From NCBI RefSeq assembly GCF_000016745.1, contig NC_009483.1:1830001-1862000 (forward strand): 32,000 bases of DNA. The letters run 5' to 3'. Below the pieces are notes generated by a model, which worked only from the letters and a program-made list of their open reading frames with translations, was not told the DNA's origin and did no database searches. The first letter of the stretch is position 1; every line of letters starts with the position of its first letter. The position numbers were made by a program, and so were the translations under genes. Shown here in pieces: positions 16,196-23,706 of this stretch. Source of the stretch: Geotalea uraniireducens Rf4. Its GTDB lineage: Bacteria; Desulfobacterota; Desulfuromonadia; Geobacterales; Geobacteraceae.

Positions 16196-16242
16196 CGAAA
16201 AGTGAGGCCGGCGCCTTGCCTTGCGGCGTATTGGCGCCGGCC
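16196..16242 (-). terminator. GC-rich hairpin terminator downstream of fadL
   Basis: GGCCGGCGCC (16206-16215) pairs with GGCGCCGGCC (16233-16242). On the minus strand the hairpin is followed by TCACTTTTC, which is a weak T-tract. Confidence 0.45.
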
Positions 16243-16337
16243 CGCGACGGTTCTGAATTCCCTAACCCCGATGAACGGGATAAGTCCCTTCACGAAAAAT
16301 TCTTCGCAAAAAACATGCAAATAATTTTTCTAAGGGA

Positions 16338-17606
16338 CTAAAACTTGGTGGTGATGCTTACCCCGAACAGGTGAGCATCGCTCTTGTACTCGCCGGTCTG
16401 TTTCGCATTGGAGACGGTGCGGTCGACGAAATGCACGAACATGTAGCCCATGTCAAACGCAGCATAGTCATTATGCAGCCCCAGGCCAAAGGTGATGTTA
16501 TGGCGGTCGGCGTCGGGGAGTTCGGGGCCGATGGTCGCGTCGGGGGTGGGGCTTATGTCGTAGGCATAACCTGCGCGCAGGTCGAGGCTTTTGGTAGCGG
16601 CAAACTGGGTCCCGAAGCGGTAGGCCCAGACGTCCTCCCAATTTTTGGCTTCACTTGTGCTCAGAGGCGCAAGCTTGCCGCCAAAACTCGGAGCAAACTT
16701 ATCGTAGGAACTCCAGCCCGTCCGCTCTGCATCGAATTCCAGGGTAAGACTCTCGATCGGTTTCCAGGCTACGGCGAGCGTCAGGACGTCCGGCAGGGTA
16801 ATATCGAGTTTTGCAGTACCTCTCGTCGTCCCGGGGCCTGTAATTGCTGCGCCTGCTGTTGTGGCGGCAAAGTTTGCATCACCTTCCAGCTTTAGTTTGA
16901 CCTGGCTCCGGTAAGCGGCGCCAAAGGTGAGTTGCCGGAGAGGTTTCCACTGCGCGCCAACGTTATATCCCAGCCCCACGGCCGTGGCATCAACGCCCAT
17001 GTTGCCCAGTGCCGTATATGGCCCGGAAGGCGGTGGAAATGGAGAGTAGGCGACCTTCTGCAAAGAGGCCATGGCGTAGGTGATGTCCAGGCCCGCGGCG
17101 AGAGCCAGCTTCAGGGCGTCGAAACGGTAGGCCAGGGTCGGCTGGAAGTTGATCGGCTTAATTTCGATTTCCTGGATACTGTCCCGAAAGTTGCCACCGG
17201 CGTCCCATCGCTTGGCCAAGGGGAAGAAAGAGTTGACCCCCAGGCCGAAGGAAAGGGGGACCGATTCCAGCGAAGTAGTAACGTAAAAGGTGGGCGCGAT
17301 GAAGATGTCACGGTTGGCTTTTTCGGTGACCGTCGTGCTCCCGCTGAGCCTTGTCGTGCCGGTGAACTCGGTTTGCGGTACGAGGACGGTGGTTGACCCG
17401 ACCTGGACCTGGCTCCCCTTCAGAAATGCGATACCTGCCGGGTTGAACGCCAAGGCAGATGGGTCGTCGGCCTGTGCGGCGAAGGCGTTGGCCATGGACA
17501 TGCTTTTGGCCCCCTGGTCGCTGATCCGGAATCCTGCGCCAAATGATGGGGCCGTCATTCCCAGAATGGCTCCTGCAACGATGGTACACGTCAGTTTCTT
17601 GTTCAT
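16338..17606 (-). CDS. fadL: Outer-membrane long-chain fatty acid/hydrophobic compound transporter (OMPP1/FadL/TodX family)
   Basis: AGGAG lies 7 nt upstream of the ATG at 17606; the ORF-track start at 17654 is probably too long. The signal peptide reads MNKKLTCTIVAGAILGMTAPSFG-AG. The N-terminal hatch-like region is GAKSMSMANAFAAQADDPSALAFNPAG. The body has Gly/aromatic-rich beta-strand periodicity and a C-terminal Phe. Confidence 0.8.
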   Translation of the reverse strand: MNKKLTCTIVAGAILGMTAPSFGAGFRISDQGAKSMSMANAFAAQADDPSALAFNPAGIAFLKGSQVQVGSTTVLVPQTEFTGTTRLSGSTTVTEKANRDIFIAPTFYVTTSLESVPLSFGLGVNSFFPLAKRWDAGGNFRDSIQEIEIKPINFQPTLAYRFDALKLALAAGLDITYAMASLQKVAYSPFPPPSGPYTALGNMGVDATAVGLGYNVGAQWKPLRQLTFGAAYRSQVKLKLEGDANFAATTAGAAITGPGTTRGTAKLDITLPDVLTLAVAWKPIESLTLEFDAERTGWSSYDKFAPSFGGKLAPLSTSEAKNWEDVWAYRFGTQFAATKSLDLRAGYAYDISPTPDATIGPELPDADRHNITFGLGLHNDYAAFDMGYMFVHFVDRTVSNAKQTGEYKSDAHLFGVSITTKF

Positions 17607-17702
17607 GTCGAATCTCCTTTCCCTGTGTGTTGCGTTAAAACTGCTTCGATACATCTGCCAATATAAATTTGTAAAACACGATTATAAATAAACTATTATA
17701 AC

Positions 17703-17720
17703 CTTAACGTCGATGTCAAG
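17703..17720 (-). promoter_or_regulatory. Palindromic operator overlapping a TTGACA -35 element, fadL promoter copy
   Basis: The minus strand reads TAC-CTTGACATCGACGTTAAG, a 16/18 match to the copy at 31635-31652. It lies about 97 nt upstream of the fadL ATG and points toward fadL. Confidence 0.6.
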
Positions 17721-18059
17721 TATAAAATATAACATGGTTTCGGAAAAAGTAAATTGCAAGCAATTAACTGCGATTCGCATGAAGGTTTTTAGTGTGATTA
17801 TTATATGCGGTGGTGGCGTAAGGCAAAAAATTATTAAAATTGGATGGTTATGGGTGTATATGGTATGATTGGGTTGGTCCGGAAGGTGGCAAAAGTTAAA
17901 ACATGATTATATTGTAAAATTAAAATTTGAATTTTGGGCGGGAATAGCCTGGATATTTTTCTGCTCAACGCTGCAAAAAACTTCCCCATGCCGCATGGAA
18001 CACAGATTAACCGGAAGTAGAATCGAAAAACAAATACGCAAAAATGAAAAGATATTTTA

Positions 18060-18089
18060 CTTGACATGAACGTCAAGGATAGATATTAT
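18060..18089 (+). promoter_or_regulatory. Palindromic operator plus sigma70 promoter of the fad operon
   Basis: CTTGACATGAACGTCAAG (18060-18077) has perfect 6-bp arms CTTGAC/GTCAAG. The -35 TTGACA is at 18061-18066, followed by a 17-nt spacer and the -10 TATTAT at 18084-18089. Confidence 0.65.
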
Positions 18090-18129
18090 TGCTTTAAAAT
18101 TATTTGCATCCCTTCGGAGGATGACGCTT

Positions 18130-19941
18130 ATGCAGGATATCCCTTTTTTGTCAGTTCCCGACATGTTGAGGCAAAATGCCGCCAGGTTTCAGGGGAAGCT
18201 TGCCCTGAAGTACCGCAAGCAGGGAAAGTTTGTCACGCTGAGTTACGCGGAGTTTTATGAACGGGCTCTGATGGCCGCCCGTGGCCTGAAGAAGTGCAAT
18301 GTGAAACCGGGGGAGAGGGTTGCGATCCTCTCAGAGAACCGTGCCGGGTGGGTTATTGCCGATATGGGGATCCTCACTGTCGGCGGCGTGACCGTGCCGA
18401 TCTATCCGACGAACACACCCGAGCAGATCGAGTACGTGCTGAATCATTCGGAAGCCCGTATTGTTTTTGTTTCCAGCAAATTTCAGTACTCAAAGCTTCT
18501 CAGGATACGGGAAACAATTCCTAAAGTGGAATTGGTGGTTTCGTTCGAGCGTTTTCTGGGTGAGCCGGAGTTGCCGGTCTGCACCTTCTATCAGCTCTCG
18601 GAAATTGACCTCCCGGTTACCGAAAGTGAAAAAAAGCAGCTTGAGGCCGGTATTGACTGCATCGGCCCCACTGACCTCCTTACCCTGATTTACACCTCCG
18701 GCACAACCGGCGTGCCGAAGGGGGTGCCGCTTACCCACCGCAATATTCTCTTCGATGCCTTTTATACCAGCAGAAAAGCAGTGGTGCTTCGCGAATGCGA
18801 GGTTCACCTCAGCTTCCTCCCCTTGAGCCACGTTCTTGAAAGAACAATCGGCTATTACATGATGATCATGAACGGCTCGATGATGGCTTTTGCCGACAGT
18901 ATTGAAAAGGTCCCGGAAAACATGATGGAAGTCAAACCAACAGTGATGGTAAGCGTGCCGCGGCTCTTCGAAAAGATCTACTCGCGCATTTTCGAAAACG
19001 TGCATCAGATGTCTGTTGTGAAAAGGAAACTGTTCCATTGGGCGATTGAGGTAGGCAAGAAGTATGTGGAAGCAAGGTATATCGAGAAGAGAACTTCTCC
19101 CTTACTGGCATTTAAGTACAACGTGGCAGACAGGCTCGTCTTCGGCAAATTGCGGGAGCGGTTCGGCGGGAACATGAGGCTGTTCTGCTCGGGTGGCGCG
19201 CCGCTTGACAAGACGATCAACGAATTCTTCTGGATTATCGGCCTTCCTATCCTGGAAGGGTATGGTCTGACCGAGACCAGTCCGGCGGTCAGCTTTAACA
19301 ATTTTGATCAGGTCCGGTTCGGCTCCGTGGGAACAGCGCTTGAGCACACGGAAATAAAAACGGCCGAGGATGGCGAACTGCTGATCCGGGGGCCGCAGAT
19401 CATGACCGGTTATTACAAGGAACCGGCGGCAACCGGTGAGTCGTTGCAGGATGGCTGGTTCAAAACGGGAGATATCGGCTACATCGAGAACGGTTTTGTC
19501 TATATAACCGACCGCAAAAAAGAGCTGATAATCACAGCAGGGGGGAAAAATATAGCCCCCCAGCCCCTGGAGAACGAACTCAAGCTGGACAAGTACATTT
19601 CCTCGGCATTTGTATATGGTGACCGGAAGCCTTACCTTACCGCCCTGCTCGTACCAAATATGGAGCGGTTGCTGGAATTTGCCAGGGAAAAGCATATCGA
19701 TTATTACGATATGGATGACCTGGTCATCCACGAGCCGGTCACCAGGCTGATGGAGCAGAGGCTCGCCGAAATCAACAGCCATCTGCCCCAGTATGAGAGC
19801 ATAAAGAAGTTTGTGCTGCTCCCACGCGACTTTTCCATTGACGGGGGGGAGCTTACCCCGACCCTCAAGCTGAGGCGGAAGGTTATTTACGAGAAATACA
19901 AGGATAAGATCGAAGGAATGTATGTCGAGAACGGGAATTGA
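18130..19941 (+). CDS. Long-chain acyl-CoA synthetase (AMP-forming, COG1022/FAA1-like)
   Basis: About 603 aa. GGAGG abuts the first ATG (18121), so ATG 18130 is the better-spaced start. The AMP-binding signature is YTSGTTGVPKG, with additional GYGLTETS, FKTGD and the C-terminal LTPTLKLRRK. Confidence 0.9.
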   Translation: MQDIPFLSVPDMLRQNAARFQGKLALKYRKQGKFVTLSYAEFYERALMAARGLKKCNVKPGERVAILSENRAGWVIADMGILTVGGVTVPIYPTNTPEQIEYVLNHSEARIVFVSSKFQYSKLLRIRETIPKVELVVSFERFLGEPELPVCTFYQLSEIDLPVTESEKKQLEAGIDCIGPTDLLTLIYTSGTTGVPKGVPLTHRNILFDAFYTSRKAVVLRECEVHLSFLPLSHVLERTIGYYMMIMNGSMMAFADSIEKVPENMMEVKPTVMVSVPRLFEKIYSRIFENVHQMSVVKRKLFHWAIEVGKKYVEARYIEKRTSPLLAFKYNVADRLVFGKLRERFGGNMRLFCSGGAPLDKTINEFFWIIGLPILEGYGLTETSPAVSFNNFDQVRFGSVGTALEHTEIKTAEDGELLIRGPQIMTGYYKEPAATGESLQDGWFKTGDIGYIENGFVYITDRKKELIITAGGKNIAPQPLENELKLDKYISSAFVYGDRKPYLTALLVPNMERLLEFAREKHIDYYDMDDLVIHEPVTRLMEQRLAEINSHLPQYESIKKFVLLPRDFSIDGGELTPTLKLRRKVIYEKYKDKIEGMYVENGN

Positions 19942-19976
19942 TCCCGTTGCCGGCAATAAAAAAACGGAGGAAAACT

Positions 19977-22364
19977 ATGAAACAGATCAATAAGGCGGCC
20001 GTGCTGGGGTCAGGTGTTATGGGAGCGACCATTGCAGCCCATCTGGCCAATGCCGGAATTCAGGTGCTGCTCCTTGACATAGTGCCGAGGGAGCCGAGCG
20101 ATGCGGAGACGGCGGCAGGTCTTACCCTGGCTGACCGCGCTGTCCGGAACAGGATCGCCCAGGCCGGTCTGGACGGACTTCTCAAGATGAAGCCGGCGCC
20201 GTTCTTTATCCCCGGCTATGCATCGTACATCGAGGTGGGCAACTTCGAGGACGACATGGCGCGGCTCAAGGAGTGCGACTGGGTCATCGAAGTGGTCATC
20301 GAGAACATGGAGATCAAGAAGAAGCTCTTTAGCGAAAAGGTGGCCCCCAACATGAAAGATGGGGCTGTTCTCTCCACCAATACCAGCGGCCTTTCCGTTA
20401 ACGAGATGGCGGAAAGTCTGCCGGACAACATCAGGAAGAACTTCCTGGTTACCCATTTCTTCAATCCGCCCCGCTACATGCGTTTGCTGGAGATCGTTTC
20501 CTGCCGCTACACCGATCCGGCTGTTGCGGAAAAGATGGCGGCGTTCATCGGCAAACGGCTGGGAAAGGGGATTGTCTACGCCAAGGACACACCCAACTTC
20601 ATCGCCAACCGGATCGGCGTGTATGCCATCTGCAACTGTGTGCGGAACATGATGGCGATGGAGATGACCGTCGAGGAGGTCGACAAGATTGCCGGTCCGG
20701 CAACCGCCAGGCCAAAGAGCGCGGCTTTTCGCACGGCGGATCTGGTGGGCATCGACACACTGCAGCATGTGGCGAACAACTCCTACGAGCTCCTGGTGAA
20801 CGACGAGGAGCGCGAGCTCTTCCGTTTCCCTGATTTTATCCGGGAAATGGTCGGGAAGGGGCTCCTGGGGAATAAGAGCAAGCAGGGTTTCTTCAAGAAA
20901 GCCAAGGGGGAAAAGTGTTCGACCATTTTCTTTTACGACTACAAGAGCGGTGAGTACGTGGAGGCGCAAAATCCGAAATTTGCCTCCGTGGAGGCGGCAA
21001 AATCCATCGACGATCCGGCCAAGCGTCTCCAGGCCGTTATCACCGGCACGGACAAGGCTGCCCAGTTTGCCTGGAAAAACATGCGGGACACCCTTATCTA
21101 CACATTCAACCGGATCCCGGAAATTGCCGACGATATTGTCAATATCGACAACGCCATGAAGTGGGGGTTCAACTGGGAACTCGGCCCCTTCGAAATGCTG
21201 GACGCCATCGGTGTCGGCTATTTCGTGGAGCGGGCCGAAAAGGACGGGGCGCCGGTTCCAGCCGGACTCAAGGCGGTTGAACAGTTCTATAAATTTGCCG
21301 ACGGCAAAAACTACTATTACAGCCTTGCTGACAAAAGCTATCGGGAAATAGCCCGGAAGGCCGGCCATGTAAACCTCTCTGTCCTCAAGAGAAGCGGCGG
21401 GATGGTGGAGAAAAATAGCGGCGCCTCCGTGGTGGATCTGGGGGACGGGGTCTTCTGCCTGGAATTCCATACCAAGATGAACGCCATCGGCAACGAGATC
21501 CTTTCCATGGTCCACAAAGGGATCAAGCGGTCGGAAGAAGAAGGGGTGGGACTCGTTATCGCCAACGAGGGTGGGCTGTTTTCTGCCGGCGCCAACCTGA
21601 TGCTGCTGGTGATGGGGATTGCCGAAGGGGCCTATGACGAGATCGCCATGACGGTGAAAAACTTCCAAAAGGCGATGATGGCAATCAAATACTCCAAGAT
21701 CCCCGTGGTTGCGGCTCCCCACAACCTGACCATGGGTGGCGGATGCGAGACCTGTCTCCATGCCGACGCGATGAATCCATATGCGGAAACCTACATGGGA
21801 TTGGTGGAGATCGGGGTAGGGCTTCTGCCGGCCGGCGGGGGAACCAAGGAGATGGCCATCCGCGCCATTAAACTGGCCGAAGAGTATGACATGGACCCTA
21901 CTCCTTTCATCTTCAAGAACTTTATGAATATCGCCATGGCCAAGGTAAGCATGTCTGCGGCCGAACTCAACCAGATGGGCTTCATGCGCCAAGGCGACGC
22001 CGTTGCCATGGATATGGATACGCGGATCTTTGACGCCAAGCTGAAGGTCATTGCCCTGGCTGCCAACTACCGCCCGGGCAGGCCGCTGATCGACCTGAAG
22101 GCGCCCGGTCGGGGGATTGCCGCCAGCATCAAGTCCCAGCTCTGGAACATGCGCATGGGGGGCTTCATCTCCGAGTACGATGAGTTCCTGGGCAAGACCA
22201 TTGCCGACGTCATCACCGGCGGCGATGTCCCGGCCGGGACCCTGATCACCGAAGACTACCTCCTGGAGTTGGAGCGTGAGGCGTTTGTCCGGCTCTGCGG
22301 GCAGAAAAAAACCCTCGACAGGATTCAGAACATGCTGAAGAAGGGTAAAACGCTGCGCAATTAG
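19977..22364 (+). CDS. fadN: Bifunctional 3-hydroxyacyl-CoA dehydrogenase / enoyl-CoA hydratase, N-terminal dehydrogenase order (Bacillus FadN-like)
   Basis: 795 aa counted from ATG 19977, with GGAGGA upstream. The N-terminal Rossmann motif is AAVLGSGVMGATIAAHLANAG with 3HCDH contexts (HFFNPPRYM). The C-terminal third is crotonase-like (GLFSAGANL...GGGCE...EIGVGLLPAGGGT). Confidence 0.9.
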   Translation: MKQINKAAVLGSGVMGATIAAHLANAGIQVLLLDIVPREPSDAETAAGLTLADRAVRNRIAQAGLDGLLKMKPAPFFIPGYASYIEVGNFEDDMARLKECDWVIEVVIENMEIKKKLFSEKVAPNMKDGAVLSTNTSGLSVNEMAESLPDNIRKNFLVTHFFNPPRYMRLLEIVSCRYTDPAVAEKMAAFIGKRLGKGIVYAKDTPNFIANRIGVYAICNCVRNMMAMEMTVEEVDKIAGPATARPKSAAFRTADLVGIDTLQHVANNSYELLVNDEERELFRFPDFIREMVGKGLLGNKSKQGFFKKAKGEKCSTIFFYDYKSGEYVEAQNPKFASVEAAKSIDDPAKRLQAVITGTDKAAQFAWKNMRDTLIYTFNRIPEIADDIVNIDNAMKWGFNWELGPFEMLDAIGVGYFVERAEKDGAPVPAGLKAVEQFYKFADGKNYYYSLADKSYREIARKAGHVNLSVLKRSGGMVEKNSGASVVDLGDGVFCLEFHTKMNAIGNEILSMVHKGIKRSEEEGVGLVIANEGGLFSAGANLMLLVMGIAEGAYDEIAMTVKNFQKAMMAIKYSKIPVVAAPHNLTMGGGCETCLHADAMNPYAETYMGLVEIGVGLLPAGGGTKEMAIRAIKLAEEYDMDPTPFIFKNFMNIAMAKVSMSAAELNQMGFMRQGDAVAMDMDTRIFDAKLKVIALAANYRPGRPLIDLKAPGRGIAASIKSQLWNMRMGGFISEYDEFLGKTIADVITGGDVPAGTLITEDYLLELEREAFVRLCGQKKTLDRIQNMLKKGKTLRN

Positions 22365-22375
22365 GGTCGCCACAT

Positions 22376-22477
22376 GTAGGGGCAGACCCGCGTGTCTGCC
22401 CTGTTTGCGGTGCAAATGTCCGGCAAGGGCGTACACATAGGTATAAGTGCAGGGCGCACACATAGGTGCGCCCCTAC
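22376..22477. repeat. REP-like composite palindromic element inside the fad operon
   Basis: Outer arms GTAGGGGC (22376-22383) and GCCCCTAC (22470-22477). Inner hairpins are GGGCAGAC/GTCTGCCC (22380-22401) and GGGCGCAC/GTGCGCCC (22452-22473). There is also a direct repeat, GGGCGTACACATAGGT / GGGCGCACACATAGGT. Confidence 0.7.
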
Positions 22478-22501
22478 AAATGAATGACTTGGAGGAAATC
22501 G

Positions 22502-23674
22502 ATGAGAAACGCATATATTTTAGCTGCCTTTCGTACCCCCGGTTGTAAGGCTAAAAAGGGGAAATTCAAGGATGTGCGGCCTGACGACCTGGCTGCGGTA
22601 GCAATCAGAGGCCTTTTGGAGAAAACAGGAATAGATCCCCTCGCTGTTGAAGACATCATCATGGGGTGTGCATTTCCGGAAGGGGAGCAGGGGATGAACA
22701 TGGCAAGGGTGGCGGCCATGAAGGCCGGCGTCCCTTACCAGGTGCCGGCCCAGACCGTCAACCGGTTCTGCTCTTCCGGATTGCAGAGCATTGCTTCTGC
22801 TGCTGAGCGAATCATGGCCGGTTTCAGTGACTGCATCATTGCCGGCGGCTCGGAAAGCATGAGCATGGTTCCCATGGGGGGCAATAAATACAGTGCCAAC
22901 CCTGGGCTGGTAGCGTCCTGGCCGGAGTCGTTCGCCTCCATGGGGATCACCGCCGAATTGGTTGCCGAGCAGTACACGGTTTCCCGCGAGGAGCAGGATT
23001 TCTTTGCTGCGGAGAGCCATAGAAAGGCAGCCGCAGCCATAGCGCAGGGGAAATTCGCAGAGGAAATCCTGCCGGTTGAAGTGGAAAGCTGCGCTCTGGT
23101 GAACGGCAAGATGAAACGGAGTAAGGAGTTGGTCACCGTTGATGACGGTGTGCGTGGTGAAACGACCCGGCATGGGCTCGGCAAGCTGAAGCCGGCGTTC
23201 AGCGCCACCGGGACGGTAACGGCAGGGAACTCATCCCAGATGACCGACGGCGCCGCAGCGGTGTTGGTGGTGTCGGAAGAGTTCCTGAAAAAATGCGGTA
23301 AAGTGCCCATTGGCCGCTTTGTTTCGTTCGCAGTGCGCGGTGTGCCGCCGGAAATCATGGGAATCGGCCCCATCGAGGCGATCCCGGCAGCCCTCAAGCT
23401 GGCGGGGCTCAAGCTGGAGGATATCGGACTGTACGAGCTGAACGAAGCGTTTGCCGCCCAGTCCATTGCCTGCGTGAAAACCTTGGGGATCGATCCGGCC
23501 CGGGTTAACGTCAACGGCGGCGCCATAGCCCTCGGCCACCCCTTGGGGTGCACCGGCGCAAAACTGACCACGTCGCTCCTTCATGAGATGCAGCGCAGCA
23601 ATACCCGCTATGGCGTCGTTTCCATGTGCATCGGCGGCGGGATGGGCGCAGCGGGAATTTTCGAGAAGATGTAA
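22502..23674 (+). CDS. fadA: Acetyl-CoA C-acyltransferase (3-ketoacyl-CoA thiolase)
   Basis: 390 aa from ATG 22502, with GGAGGA upstream. The acyl-Cys context is VNRFCSSGLQ. Other thiolase contexts are NEAFAAQ, NGGAIALGHPLGCTGA and MCIGGGMGAAGIFE. Confidence 0.95.
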   Translation: MRNAYILAAFRTPGCKAKKGKFKDVRPDDLAAVAIRGLLEKTGIDPLAVEDIIMGCAFPEGEQGMNMARVAAMKAGVPYQVPAQTVNRFCSSGLQSIASAAERIMAGFSDCIIAGGSESMSMVPMGGNKYSANPGLVASWPESFASMGITAELVAEQYTVSREEQDFFAAESHRKAAAAIAQGKFAEEILPVEVESCALVNGKMKRSKELVTVDDGVRGETTRHGLGKLKPAFSATGTVTAGNSSQMTDGAAAVLVVSEEFLKKCGKVPIGRFVSFAVRGVPPEIMGIGPIEAIPAALKLAGLKLEDIGLYELNEAFAAQSIACVKTLGIDPARVNVNGGAIALGHPLGCTGAKLTTSLLHEMQRSNTRYGVVSMCIGGGMGAAGIFEKM

Positions 23675-23706
23675 AAAATATAACTCTTATTTTACGAGGT
23701 GAGATC

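Noticed and set aside
17834-18076. 80-aa (minus) and 66-aa (plus) ORFs in the fadL/fad operon intergenic region
   Set aside because: The region is AT-rich promoter DNA. The two ORFs overlap each other, have odd composition and lack an SD. One of them would run through the operator and promoter.
19102-19956. 284-aa minus-strand ORF; similar cases at 22520-23173, 22735-23571, 24007-24837, 10959-11570 and 12138-12533
   Set aside because: Each lies antisense within a confidently assigned plus-strand gene and lacks motifs or ribosome-binding sites.
20010-22514. 834-aa ORF on the minus strand
   Set aside because: It is fully antisense to the well-supported fadN and thiolase start region. The composition is Arg/Gly/His/Pro-rich, typical of a shadow frame in GC-rich coding DNA. 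It has no SD and no recognisable domain.
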